From: the human T2T-CHM13v2.0 reference genome, Homo sapiens
Direction: 5' to 3' (one strand)
Assembly: GCF_009914755.1 (NCBI RefSeq)
Contig: NC_060929.1
DNA length: 64,000 nt
Below, piece by piece: positions 1-11,500 of the stretch. The number at the start of each line of letters is the position of its first letter. Within the stretch, counting starts at the first letter, position 1. The translations under genes were made by a program, and so were the position numbers. A model generated the notes under the pieces. The model made no database searches, was not told where the DNA came from, and saw only the letters and a program-made list of their open reading frames with translations.

Positions 1-502
1 GAAAATGAAATATCTTCGTATAAAAAGTACACAGAATCATTCTCAGAAACTACTTTCTGATGTGTGCGTTCAACTCTCGGAGTTTAAACTTTCTTTTCAT
101 AGAGCAGTTTGGAAACAGTGTGTTTGTAAAGTCTGCAAGTGGATATTCGGACCTCTTTGGCGCCTTATTTTGAAACGGGGTTTCTCCATATAATGCTAGA
201 CAGAAGAATTCTCAGTAACTTGTTTGTGTTGTGTGTGTTCAACTCACAGAGTTGAACCTTCCTTTAGACAGAGCAGATTTGAAACACTCTTTTTGTGGAA
301 TTTGCAAGTGGAGATTTCAAGCGCTTTGAGGCCAAAGGCAGAAAAGGAAATATCTTCGTATAAAAACTAGATAGATCATTCTCAGAAACTGCTTTGTGAT
401 GTGTGCGTTCAACTCACAGAGTTTCACTTATCTTTTCGTACAGCAGCTTGGAAACACTCTGTTTGTAATGTCTGCAAGTGGATATTTTGACCTCTTTTAG
501 GT

Positions 503-519
503 CTTCGTTGGAAACGGGT
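503..519 (+). promoter_or_regulatory. Intact CENP-B box (1st of 3 per 16-mer; repeats in each HOR copy)
   Basis: CTTCGTTGGAAACGGGT matches the essential nTTCGnnnnAnnCGGGn pattern. Confidence 0.92.
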
Positions 520-671
520 TTTATTCATGTAAGGCTAGACAGAAGAATTCTCAGTAACTTCTTTGTATTGTGTGTATTCCACTGACAGAGTTGACCCTTC
601 CTTTAGACAGAGCACATTTGAACCACTCTTTTTGTGGAATTTGCAAGTGGAGATTTCAGACGCATTGAGGT

Positions 672-688
672 CAATGGTAGAAAAGGAA
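672..688 (+). promoter_or_regulatory. A-type (pJalpha-like) box, example; occupies the box position in every second monomer
   Basis: CAATGGTAGAAAAGGAA lies at the position homologous to the CENP-B box. Its reverse complement TTCCTTTTCTACCATTG resembles the pJalpha motif. Confidence 0.7.
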
Positions 689-842
689 ATATCTTCGTAT
701 AAAAACTAGACAGAATGATTCTCAGAACCTGCTTCGTGATGTGTGTGTTCAGTTCAAAGAGTTTTACCTTTCTTTTCATAGAGCAGTTAGGAAACACTCT
801 GTTTGAACAGTCTGAAAGTGGATATTCCGATCTCTTTGAGGC

Positions 843-2219
843 CTTCGTTGGAAAAGGGATTTCTTCATATAATGCTAGACAGAGGAATGCTCAGTAACTT
901 CTCTGTGTTGTGTGTATTCAAATCACAGAGTTGAACGTTCCTTTAGACAGAGCAGACTTGAAACACTCTTTTTGTGGAATTTGCAATAGCAAATTTCCAG
1001 CGCTTTGAGGCCAAAGGCAGAAGAGGAAATATCTTCGTATAAAAACAAGTCAGAATCATTCTCAGAAACTGCTTAATCATGTGTGCGTTCGACTCACGGA
1101 GTTTAACCTACCTTTTCATACAGCAGTTTGGAAACACTCTGTTTGTAAAGTCTGCACGTGGATATTTGGACATCTTTGAGGCCTTCGTTGGAAACGGGTT
1201 TTATTCATGTAAGGCTAGACAGTAGATTTCTCAGTAACTTCTTTGTGTTGTGTGTATTCAACTGACAGAGTTGACCCTTCTTTTAGGTAGAGCAGATTTG
1301 AGACACTCTTTTTGTGGAATTTGCAAGTGGAGATTTCAGACGCTTTGAGGTCAATGGTAGAAAAGGACATTTCTTCGTATAAAAACTTGACAGAATGATT
1401 CTCAGAAACTGCTTTGTGATGTATGCGTTCAATTCAAAGAGTTCTACCTTTCTTTTCATAGAGCACTTAGGAAACACTCTGTTTGTAAAGACTGCAAGTG
1501 GATATTCGGACCTCTATGAGGCCTTCTTTGGAAAAGGGATTTCTTCATATAATGCTAGACAGAGGAATTCTTCGTAACTTCTTTGTATTGTGTGTATTCA
1601 ACTCACAGAGTTGAACCTTCTTTTAGATAGAGCAGATTTGAAACACACTTTCTGTGGAATTTCCAATTGGAGATTTCAAGCGCTTCAGGGCCAATGGTAG
1701 AAAAGGAAAAATCTTCACATAAAAACTAGACAAAATCATTCCCAGAAACTGTGTAGTGATGTGTATGTTTAACTCACAGAGTTTATCCTTTCTTTTCATA
1801 GAGCAGTTGGGAAACACTCTGTTTGAAAAGTCTGCATGTGGATATTTGGACCGCCATGAGGCGTTCTTTGGAAATGGTATTTCTTCATTTAAGGCTACAC
1901 AGAAGAATTCTCAGTAACTTCCTCGTGTTGTGTGTATTCAGCTCACAGAGTTGAACCTACTTTTAGATAGAGCAGATTTGAAAGACACTTTTTGGGGAAT
2001 TTGCAAGTGGGGATTTCAAGCGCTTTGAGGCCAACGGTAGAAAAGGAAATATCTTCGAATAAAAAGTAGACAGAATCATTCCCAGAAACTGCGTTTTGAT
2101 GTGTGCGTTCACCTAACAGAGTTTAACCTTCCTTTTCATAGAGCAGTTGGGAAACGCTATGTTTGTAAAGTCTGCAAGTGGATATTGGGAACTCTTTGAG
2201 GCCTTCATTGGGAATGGGG
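843..2219 (+). other. Degenerate CENP-B boxes of the 16-mer at 843, 1523, 1863 and 2203 (plus 164)
   Basis: CTTCGTTGGAAAAGGGA, CTTCTTTGGAAAAGGGA, GTTCTTTGGAAATGGTA, CTTCATTGGGAATGGGG and CTTATTTTGAAACGGGG each break TTCG and/or CGGG. Confidence 0.88.
1183..1199 (+). promoter_or_regulatory. Intact CENP-B box (2nd of 3 per 16-mer)
   Basis: CTTCGTTGGAAACGGGT. Confidence 0.92.
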
Positions 2220-2543
2220 TTTCTTCATATAATGCTAGACAGAAGATTTCCCAGTAACTTCTTCCTGTTGTGTGTATTCAACTGACAACAGATGAACCTT
2301 CCTTTAGAGAGAGCAGATTTGAAACACTCTTTTTGTGGAAGTTGCAAGTGGAGATTTCAGCCGCTTTAACGTCAATGGTAGAAAAGGAAATATCTTCGCA
2401 TAAAAACAAGACAGAATCATTTTCAGAAACTGCTTTGTGATGTGTGCATTCAACTCACAGAGTTTAACCTTTGTTTTCATAGAGCCGTTTGGAAACACAC
2501 AGTTTGTCAAATCTGTAAGTCGATATTCGGACCTATTTGAGGC

Positions 2544-2560
2544 CTTCGTTGGAAACGGGA
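2544..2560 (+). promoter_or_regulatory. Canonical CENP-B box (3rd of 3 per 16-mer; deleted in the 14-mer variants)
   Basis: CTTCGTTGGAAACGGGA, a perfect 17-mer. Confidence 0.95.
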
Positions 2561-5500
2561 TTTCTTCATATAATGCTAGAAAGAAGAATTCTCAGTAACT
2601 TCCTTGTGTTGTGTGTAATCAACTCACAGAATAGAACGTTCCTTTAGATAGAGCAGATTTGAAACACTCTTTTTGTGGAAGTTGCACGTGGAGATTTCAA
2701 GCGCTTTGTGGCCAGTGGTAGAAAATGAAATATCTTCGTATAAAAAGTACACAGAATCATTCTCAGAAACTACTTTCTGATGTGTGCGTTCAACTCTCGG
2801 AGTTTAAACTTTCTTTTCATAGAGCAGTTTGGAAACAGTGTGTTTGTAAAGTCTGCAAGTGGATATTCGGACCTCTTTGGCGCCTTATTTTGAAACGGGG
2901 TTTCTCCATATAATGCTACACAGAAGAATTCTCAGTAACTTGTTTGTGTTGTGTGTGTTCAACTCACAGAGTTGAACCTTCCTTTAGACAGAGCAGATTT
3001 GAAACACTCTTTTTGTGGAATTTGCAAGTGGAGATTTCAAGCGCTTTGAGGCCAAAGGCAGAAAAGGAAATATCTTCGTATAAAAACTAGATAGATCATT
3101 CTCAGATACTGCTTTGTGATGTGTGTGTTCAACTCACAGAGTTTCACTTATCTTTTCGTACAGCAGTTTGGAAACACTCTGTTTGTAATGTCTGCAAGTG
3201 GATATTTTGACCTCTTTGAGGTCTTCGTTGGAAACGGGTTTTATTCATGTAAGGCTAGACAGAAGAATTCTCAGTAACTTCTTTGTATTGTGTGTATTCC
3301 ACTGACAGAGTTGACCCTTCCTTTAGACAGAGCACATTTGAACCACTCTTTTTGTGGAATTTGCAAGTGGAGATTTCAGACGCATTGAGGTCAATGGTAG
3401 AAAAGGAAATATCTTCGTATAAAAACTAGACAGAATGATTCTCAGAACCTGCTTCGTGATGTGTGTGTTCAGTTCAAAGAGTTTTACCTTTCTTTTCATA
3501 GAGCAGTTAGGAAACACTCTGTTTGAACAGTCTGAAAGTGGATATTCCGATCTCTTTGAGGCCTTCGTTGGAAAAGGGATTTCTTCATATAATGCTAGAC
3601 AGACGAATTCTCAGTAACTTCTCTGTGTTGTGTGTATTCAAATCACAGAGTTGAACGTTCCTTTAGACAGAGCAGACTTGAAACACTCTTTTTGTGGAAT
3701 TTGCAATAGCAAATTTCAAGCGCTTTGAGGCCAAAGGCAGAAGAGGAAATATCTTCGTATAAAAACAAGTCAGAATCATTCTCAGAAACTGCTTAATCAT
3801 GTGTGCGTTCGACTCACGGAGTTTAACCTACCTTTTCATACAGCAGTTTGGAAACACTCTGTTTGTAAAGTCTGCACGTGGATATTTGGACATCTTTGAG
3901 GCCTTCGTTGGAAACGGGTTTTATTCATGTAAGGCTAGACAGTAGATTTCTCAGTAACTTCTTTGTGTTGTGTGTATTCAACTGACAGAGTTGACCCTTC
4001 TTTTACGTAGAGCAGATTTGAGACACTCTTTTTGTGGAATTTGCAAGTGGAGATTTCAGACGCTTTGAGGTCAATGGTAGAAAAGGACATTTCTTCGTAT
4101 AAAAACTTGACAGAATGATTCTCAGAAACTGCTTTGTGATGTATGCGTTCAATTCAAAGAGTTCTACCTTTCTTTTCATAGAGCACTTAGGAAACACTCT
4201 GTTTGTAAAGACTGCAAGTGGATATTCGGACCTCTATGAGGCCTTCTTTGGAAAAGGGATTTCTTCATATAATGCTAGACAGAGGAATTCTTCGTAACTT
4301 CTTTGTATTGTGTGTATTCAACTCACAGAGTTGAACCTTCTTTTAGATAGAGCAGATTTGAAACACACTTTCTGTGGAATTTCCAATTGGAGATTTCAAG
4401 CGCTTCAGGGCCAATGGTAGAAAAGGAAAAATCTTCACATAAAAACTAGACAAAATCATTCCCAGAAACTGTGTAGTGATGTGTATGTTTAACTCACAGA
4501 GTTTATCCTTTCTTTTCATAGAGCAGTTGGGAAACACTCTGTTTGAAAAGTCTGCATGTGGATATTTGGACCGCCATGAGGCGTTCTTTGGAAATGGTAT
4601 TTCTTCATTTAAGGCTACACAGAAGAATTCTCAGTAACTTCCTCGTGTTGTGTGTATTCAGCTCACAGAGTTGAACCTTCTTTTAGATAGAGCAGATTTG
4701 AAAGACACTTTTTGGGGAATTTGCAAGTGGGGATTTCAAGCGCTTTGAGGCCAACGGTAGAAAAGGAAATATCTTCGAATAAAAAGTAGACAGAATCATT
4801 CCCAGAAACTGCGTTTTGATGTGTGCGTTCACCTAACAGAGTTTAACCTTCCTTTTCATAGAGCAGTTGGGAAACGCTATGTTTGTAAAGTCTGCAAGTG
4901 GATATTGGGAACTCTTTGAGGCCTTCATTGGGAATGGGGTTTCTTCATATAATGCTAGACAGAAGATTTCCCAGTAACTTCTTCCTGTTGTGTGTATTCA
5001 ACTGACAACAGATGAACCTTCCTTTAGAGAGAGCAGATTTGAAACACTCTTTTTGTGGAATTTGCAAGTGGAGATTTCAGCCGCTTTAACGTCAATGGTA
5101 GAAAAGGAAATATCTTCGCATAAAAGCAAGACAGAATCATTTTCAGAAACTGCTTTGTGATGTGTGCATTCAACTCACAGAGTTTAACCTTTGTTTTCAT
5201 AGAGCCGTTTGGAAACACACAGTTTGTCAAATCTGTAAGTCGATATTTGGACCTATTTGAGGCCTTCGTTGGAAACGGGATTTCTTCATATAATGCTAGA
5301 AAGAAGAATTCTCAGTAACTTCCTTGTGTTGTGTGTAATCAACACACAGAATAGAACGTTCCTTTAGATAGAGCAGATTTGAAACACTCTTTTTGTGGAA
5401 GTTGCACGTGGAGATTTCAAGCGCTTTGTGACCAGTGGTAGAAAATGAAATATCTTCGTATAAAAAGTACACAGAATCATTCTCAGAAACTACTTTCTGA

Positions 5501-8500
5501 TGTGTGCGTTCAACTCTCGGAGTTTAAACTTTCTTTTCATAGAGCAGTTTGGAAACAGTGTGTTTGTAAAGTCTGCAAGTGGATATTCGGACCTCTTTGG
5601 CGCCTTATTTTGAAACGGGGTTTCTCCATATAATGCTAGACAGAAGAATTCTCAGTAACTTGTTTGTGTTGTGTGTGTTCAACTCACAGAGTTGAACCTT
5701 CCTTTAGACAGAGCAGATTTGAAACACTCTTTTTGTGGAATTTGCAAGTGGAGATTTCAAGCGCTTTGAGGCCAAAGGCAGAAAAGGAAATATCTTCGTA
5801 TAAAAACTAGATAGATCATTCTCAGAAACTGCTTTGTGATGTGTGCGTTCAACTCACAGAGTTTCACTTATCTTTTCGTACAGCAGCTTGGAAACACTCT
5901 GTTTGTAATGTCTGCAAGTGGATATTTTGACCTCTTTTAGGTCTTCGTTGGAAACGGGTTTTATTCATGTAAGGCTAGACAGAAGAATTCTCAGTAACTT
6001 CTTTGTATTGTGTGTATTCCACTGACAGAGTTGACCCTTCCTTTAGACAGAGCACATTTGAACCACTCTTTTTGTGGAATTTGCAAGTGGAGATTTCAGA
6101 CGCATTGAGGTCAATGGTAGAAAAGGAAATATCTTCGTATAAAAACTAGACAGAATGATTCTCAGAACCTGCTTCGTGATGTGTGTGTTCAGTTCAAAGA
6201 GTTTTACCTTTCTTTTCATAGAGCAGTTAGGAAACACTCTGTTTGAACAGTCTGAAAGTGGATATTCCGATCTCTTTGAGGCCTTTGTTGGAAAAGGGAT
6301 TTCTTCATATAATGCTAGACAGAGGAATTCTCAGTAACTTCTCTGTGTTGTGTGTATTCAAATCACAGAGTTGAACGTTCCTTTAGACAGAGCAGACTTG
6401 AAACACTCTTTTTGTGGAATTTGCAATAGGAAATTTCAAGCGCTTTGAGGCCAAAGGCAGAAGAGGAAATATCTTCGTATAAAAACAAGTCAGAATCATT
6501 CTCAGAAACTGCTTAATCATGTGTGCGTTCGACTCACGGAGTTTAACCTACCTTTTCATACAGCAGTTTGGAAACACTCTGTTTGTAAAGTCTGCACGTG
6601 GATATTTGGACATCTTTGAGGCCTTCGTTGGAAACGGGTTTTATTCATGTAAGGCTAGACAGAAGATTTCTCAGTAACTTCTTTGTGTTGTGTGTATTCA
6701 ACTGACAGAGTTGACCCTTCTTTTAGGTAGAGCAGATTTGAGACACTCTTTTTGTGGAATTTGCAAGTGGAGATTTCAGACGCTTTGAGGTCAATGGTAG
6801 AAAAGGACATTTCTTCGTATAAAAACTTGACAGAATGATTCTCAGAAACTGCTTTGTGATGTATGCGTTCAATTCAAAGAGTTCTACCTTTCTTTTCATA
6901 GAGCACTTAGGAAACACTCTGTTTGTAAAGACTGCAAGTGGATATTCGGACCTCTATGAGGCCTTCTTTGGAAAAGGGATTTCTTCATATAATGCTAGAC
7001 AGAGGAATTCTTCGTAACTTCTTTGTATTGTGTGTATTCAACTCACAGAGTTGAACCTTCTTTTAGATAGAGCAGATTTGAAACACACTTTCTGTGGAAT
7101 TTCCAATTGGAGATTTCAAGTGCTTCGGGGCCAATGGTAGAAAAGGTAAAATCTTCACATAAAAACTAGACAAACTCATTCCCAGAAACTGTGTAGTGAT
7201 GTGTATGTTTAACTCACAGAGTTTATCCTTTCTTTTCATAGAGCAGTTGGGAAACACTCTGTTTGAAAAGTCTGCATGTGGATATTTGGACCGCCATGAG
7301 GCGTTCTTTGGAAATGGTATTTCTTCATTTAAGGCTACACAGAAGAATTCTCAGTAACTTCCTTGTGTTGTGTGTATTCAGCTCACAGAGTTGAACCTTC
7401 TTTTAGATAGAGCAGATTTGAAAGACACTTTTTGGGGAATTTGCAAGTGGGGATTTCAAGCGCTTTGAGGCCAACGGTAGAAAAGGAAATATCTTCGAAT
7501 AAAAAGTAGACAGAATCATTCCCAGAAACTGCGTTTTGATGTGTGCGTTCACCTAACAGAGTTTAACCTTCCTTTTCATAGAGCAGTTGGGAAACGCTAT
7601 GTTTGTAAAGTCTGCAAGTGGATATTGGGAACTCTTTGAGGCCTTCATTGGGAATGGGGTTTCTTCATATAATGCTAGACAGAAGATTTCCCAGTAACTT
7701 CTTCCTGTTGTGTGTATTCAACTGACAACAGATGAACCTTCCTTTAGAGAGAGCAGATTTGAAACACTCTTTTTGTGGAAGTTGCAAGTGGAGATTTCAG
7801 CCTCTTTAACGTCAATGGTAGAAAAGGAAATATCTTCGCATAAAAACAAGACAGAATCATTTTCAGAAACTGCTTTGTGATGTGTGCATTCAACTCACAG
7901 AGTTTAACCTTTGTTTTCATAGAGCCGTTTGGAAACACACAGTTTGTCAAATCTGTAAGTCGATATTCGGACCTATTTGAGGCCTTCGTTGGAAACGGGA
8001 TTTCTTCATATAATGCTAGAAAGAAGAATTCTCAGTAACTTCCTTGTGTTGTGTGTAATCAACTCACAGAATAGAACGTTCCTTTAGATAGAGCAGATTT
8101 GAAACACTCTTTTTGTGGAAGTTGCACGTGGAGATTTCAAGCGCTTTGTGACCAGTGGTAGAAAATGAAATATCTTCGTATAAAAAGTACACAGAATCAT
8201 TCTCAGAAACTACTTTCTGATGTGTGCGTTCAACTCTCGGAGTTTAAACTTTCTTTTCATAGAGCAGTTTGGAAACAGTGTGTTTGTAAAGTCTGCAAGT
8301 GGATATTCGGACCTCTTTGGCGCCTTATTTTGAAACGGGGTTTCTCCATATAATGCTAGACAGAAGAATTCTCAGTAACTTGTTTGTGTTGTGTGTGTTC
8401 AACTCACAGAGTTGAACCTTCCTTTAGACAGAGCAGATTTGAAACACTCTTTTTGTGGAATTTGCAAGTGGAGATTTCAAGCGCTTTGAGGCCAAAGGCA

Positions 8501-11500
8501 GAAAAGGAAATATCTTCGTATAAAAACTAGATAGATCATTCTCAGAAACTGCTTTGTGATGTGTGCGTTCAACTCACAGAGTTTCACTTATCTTTTCGTA
8601 CAGCAGCTTGGAAACACTCTGTTTGTAATGTCTGCAAGTGGATATTTTGACCTCTTTTAGGTCTTCGTTGGAAACGGGTTTTATTCATGTAAGGCTAGAC
8701 AGAAGAATTCTCAGTAACTTCTTTGTATTGTGTGTATTCCACTGACAGAGTTGACCCTTCCTTTAGACAGAGCACATTTGAACCACTCTTTTTGTGGAAT
8801 TTGCAAGTGGAGATTTCAGACGCATTGAGGTCAATGGTAGAAAAGGAAATATCTTCGTATAAAAACTAGACAGAATGATTCTCAGAACCTGCTTCGTGAT
8901 GTGTGTGTTCAGTTCAAAGAGTTTTACCTTTCTTTTCATAGAGCAGTTAGGAAACACTCTGTTTGAACAGTCTGAAAGTGGATATTCCGATCTCTTTGAG
9001 GCCTTCGTTGGAAAAGGGATTTCTCCATATAATGCTAGACAGACGAATTCTCAGTAACTTCTCTGTGTTGTGTGTATTCAAATCACAGAGTTGAACGTTC
9101 CTTTAGACAGAGCAGACTTGAAACACTCTTTTTGTGGAATTTGCAATAGCAAATTTCAAGCGCTTTGAGGCCAAAGGCAGAAGAGGAAATATCTTCGTAT
9201 AAAAACAAGTCAGAATCATTCTCAGAAACTGCTTAATCATGTGTGCGTTCGACTCACGGAGTTTAACCTACCTTTTCATACAGCAGTTTGGAAACACTCT
9301 GTTTGTAAAGTCTGCACGTGGATATTTGGACATCTTTGAGGCCTTCGTTGGAAACGGGTTTTATTCATGTAAGGCTAGACAGTAGATTTCTCAGTAACTT
9401 CTTTGTGTTGTGTGTATTCAACTGACAGAGTTGACCCTTCTTTTAGGTAGAGCAGATTTGAGACACTCTTTTTGTGGAATTTGCAAGTGGAGATTTCAGA
9501 CGCTTTGAGGTCAATGGTAGAAAAGGACATTTCTTCGTATAAAAACTTGACAGAATGATTCTCAGAAACTGCTTTGTGATGTATGCGTTCAATTCAAAGA
9601 GTTCTACCTTTCTTTTCATAGAGCACTTAGGAAACACTCTGTTTGTAAAGACTGCAAGTGGATATTCGGACCTCTATGAGGCCTTCTTTGGAAAAGGGAT
9701 TTCTTCATATAATGCTAGACAGAGGAATTCTTCGTAACTTCTTTGTATTGTGTGTATTCAACTCACAGAGTTGAACCTTCTTTTAGATAGAGCAGATTTG
9801 AAACACACTTTCTGTGGAATTTCCAATTGGAGATTTCAAGCGCTTCAGGGCCAATGGTAGAAAAGGAAAAATCTTCACATAAAAACTAGACAAAATCATT
9901 CCCAGAAACTGTGTAGTGATGTGTATGTTTAACTCACAGAGTTTATCCTTTCTTTTCATAGAGCAGTTGGGAAACACTCTGTTTGAAAAGTCTGCATGTG
10001 GATATTTGGACCGCCATGAGGCGTTCTTTGGAAATGGTATTTCTTCATTTAAGGCTACACAGAAGAATTCTCAGTAACTTCCTTGTGTTGTGTGTATTCA
10101 GCTCACAGAGTTGAACCTTCTTTTAGATAGAGCAGATTTGAAAGACACTTTTTGGGGAATTTGCAAGTGGGGATTTCAAGCGCTTTGAGGCCAACGGTAG
10201 AAAAGGAAATATCTTCGAATAAAAAGTAGACAGAATCATTCCCAGAAACTGCGTTTTGATGTGTGCGTTCACCTAACAGAGTTTAACCTTCCTTTTCATA
10301 GAGCAGTTGGGAAACGCTATGTTTGTAAAGTCTGCAAGTGGATATTGGGAACTCTTTGAGGCCTTCATTGGGAATGGGGTTTCTTCATATAATGCTAGAC
10401 AGAAGATTTCCCAGTAACTTCTTCCTGTTGTGTGTATTCAACTGACAACAGATGAACCTTCCTTTAGAGAGAGCAGATTTGAAACACTCTTTTTGTGGAA
10501 TTTGCAAGTGGAGATTTCAGCCGCTTTAACGTCAATGGTAGAAAAGGAAATATCTTCGCATAAAAGCAAGACAGAATCATTTTCAGAAACTGCTTTGTGA
10601 TGTGTGCATTCAACTCACAGAGTTTAACCTTTGTTTTCCTAGAGCCGTTTGGAAACACACAGTTTGTCAAATCTGTAAGTCGATATTCGGACCTATTTGA
10701 GGCCTTCGTTGGAAACGGGATTTCTTCATATAATGCTAGAAAGAAGAATTCTCAGTAACTTCCTTGTGTTGTGTGTAATCAACACACAGAATAGAACGTT
10801 CCTTTAGATAGAGCAGATTTGAAACACTCTTTTTGTGGAAGTTGCACGTGGAGATTTCAAGCGCTTTGTGACCAGTGGTAGAAAATGAAATATCTTCGTA
10901 TAAAAAGTACACAGAATCATTCTCAGAAACTACTTTCTGATGTGTGCGTTCAACTCTCGGAGTTTAAACTTTCTTTTCATAGAGCAGTTTGGAAACAGTG
11001 TGTTTGTAAAGTCTGCAAGTGGATATTCGGACCTCTTTGGCGCCTTATTTTGAAACGGGGTTTCTCCATATAATGCTAGACAGAAGACTTCTCAGTAACT
11101 TGTTTGTGTTGTGTGTGTTCAACTCACAGAGTTGAACCTTCCTTTAGACAGAGCAGATTTGAAACACTCTTTTTGTGGAATTTGCAAGTGGAGATTTCAA
11201 GCGCTTTGAGGCCAAAGGCAGAAAAGGAAATATCTTCGTATAAAAACTAGATAGATCATTCTCAGAAACTGCTTTGTGATGTGTGCGTTCAACTCACAGA
11301 GTTTCACTTATCTTTTCGTACAGCAGCTTGGAAACACTCTGTTTGTAATGTCTGCAAGTGGATATTTTGACCTCTTTTAGGTCTTCGTTGGAAACGGGTT
11401 TTATTCATGTAAGGCTAGACAGAAGAATTCTCAGTAACTTCTTTGTATTGTGTGTATTCCACTGACAGAGTTGACCCTTCCTTTAGACAGAGCACATTTG

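Larger units (their letters stand above)
1..2720 (+). repeat. One representative 16-monomer HOR unit (8 A/B dimers)
   Basis: Sequence from 2721 repeats 1-2720 almost exactly; the pseudo-ORF track repeats at exactly +2720. Confidence 0.97.

Noticed and set aside
385-2690. Short motif hits such as GAAACTGC (ZFAT-box-like, 385), CACGTG (E-box, 1155 and 2685) and TATAAT/TATAAAA
   Set aside because: These are short motifs intrinsic to alphoid monomers, and the sequence alone gives no evidence of promoter or factor function here.
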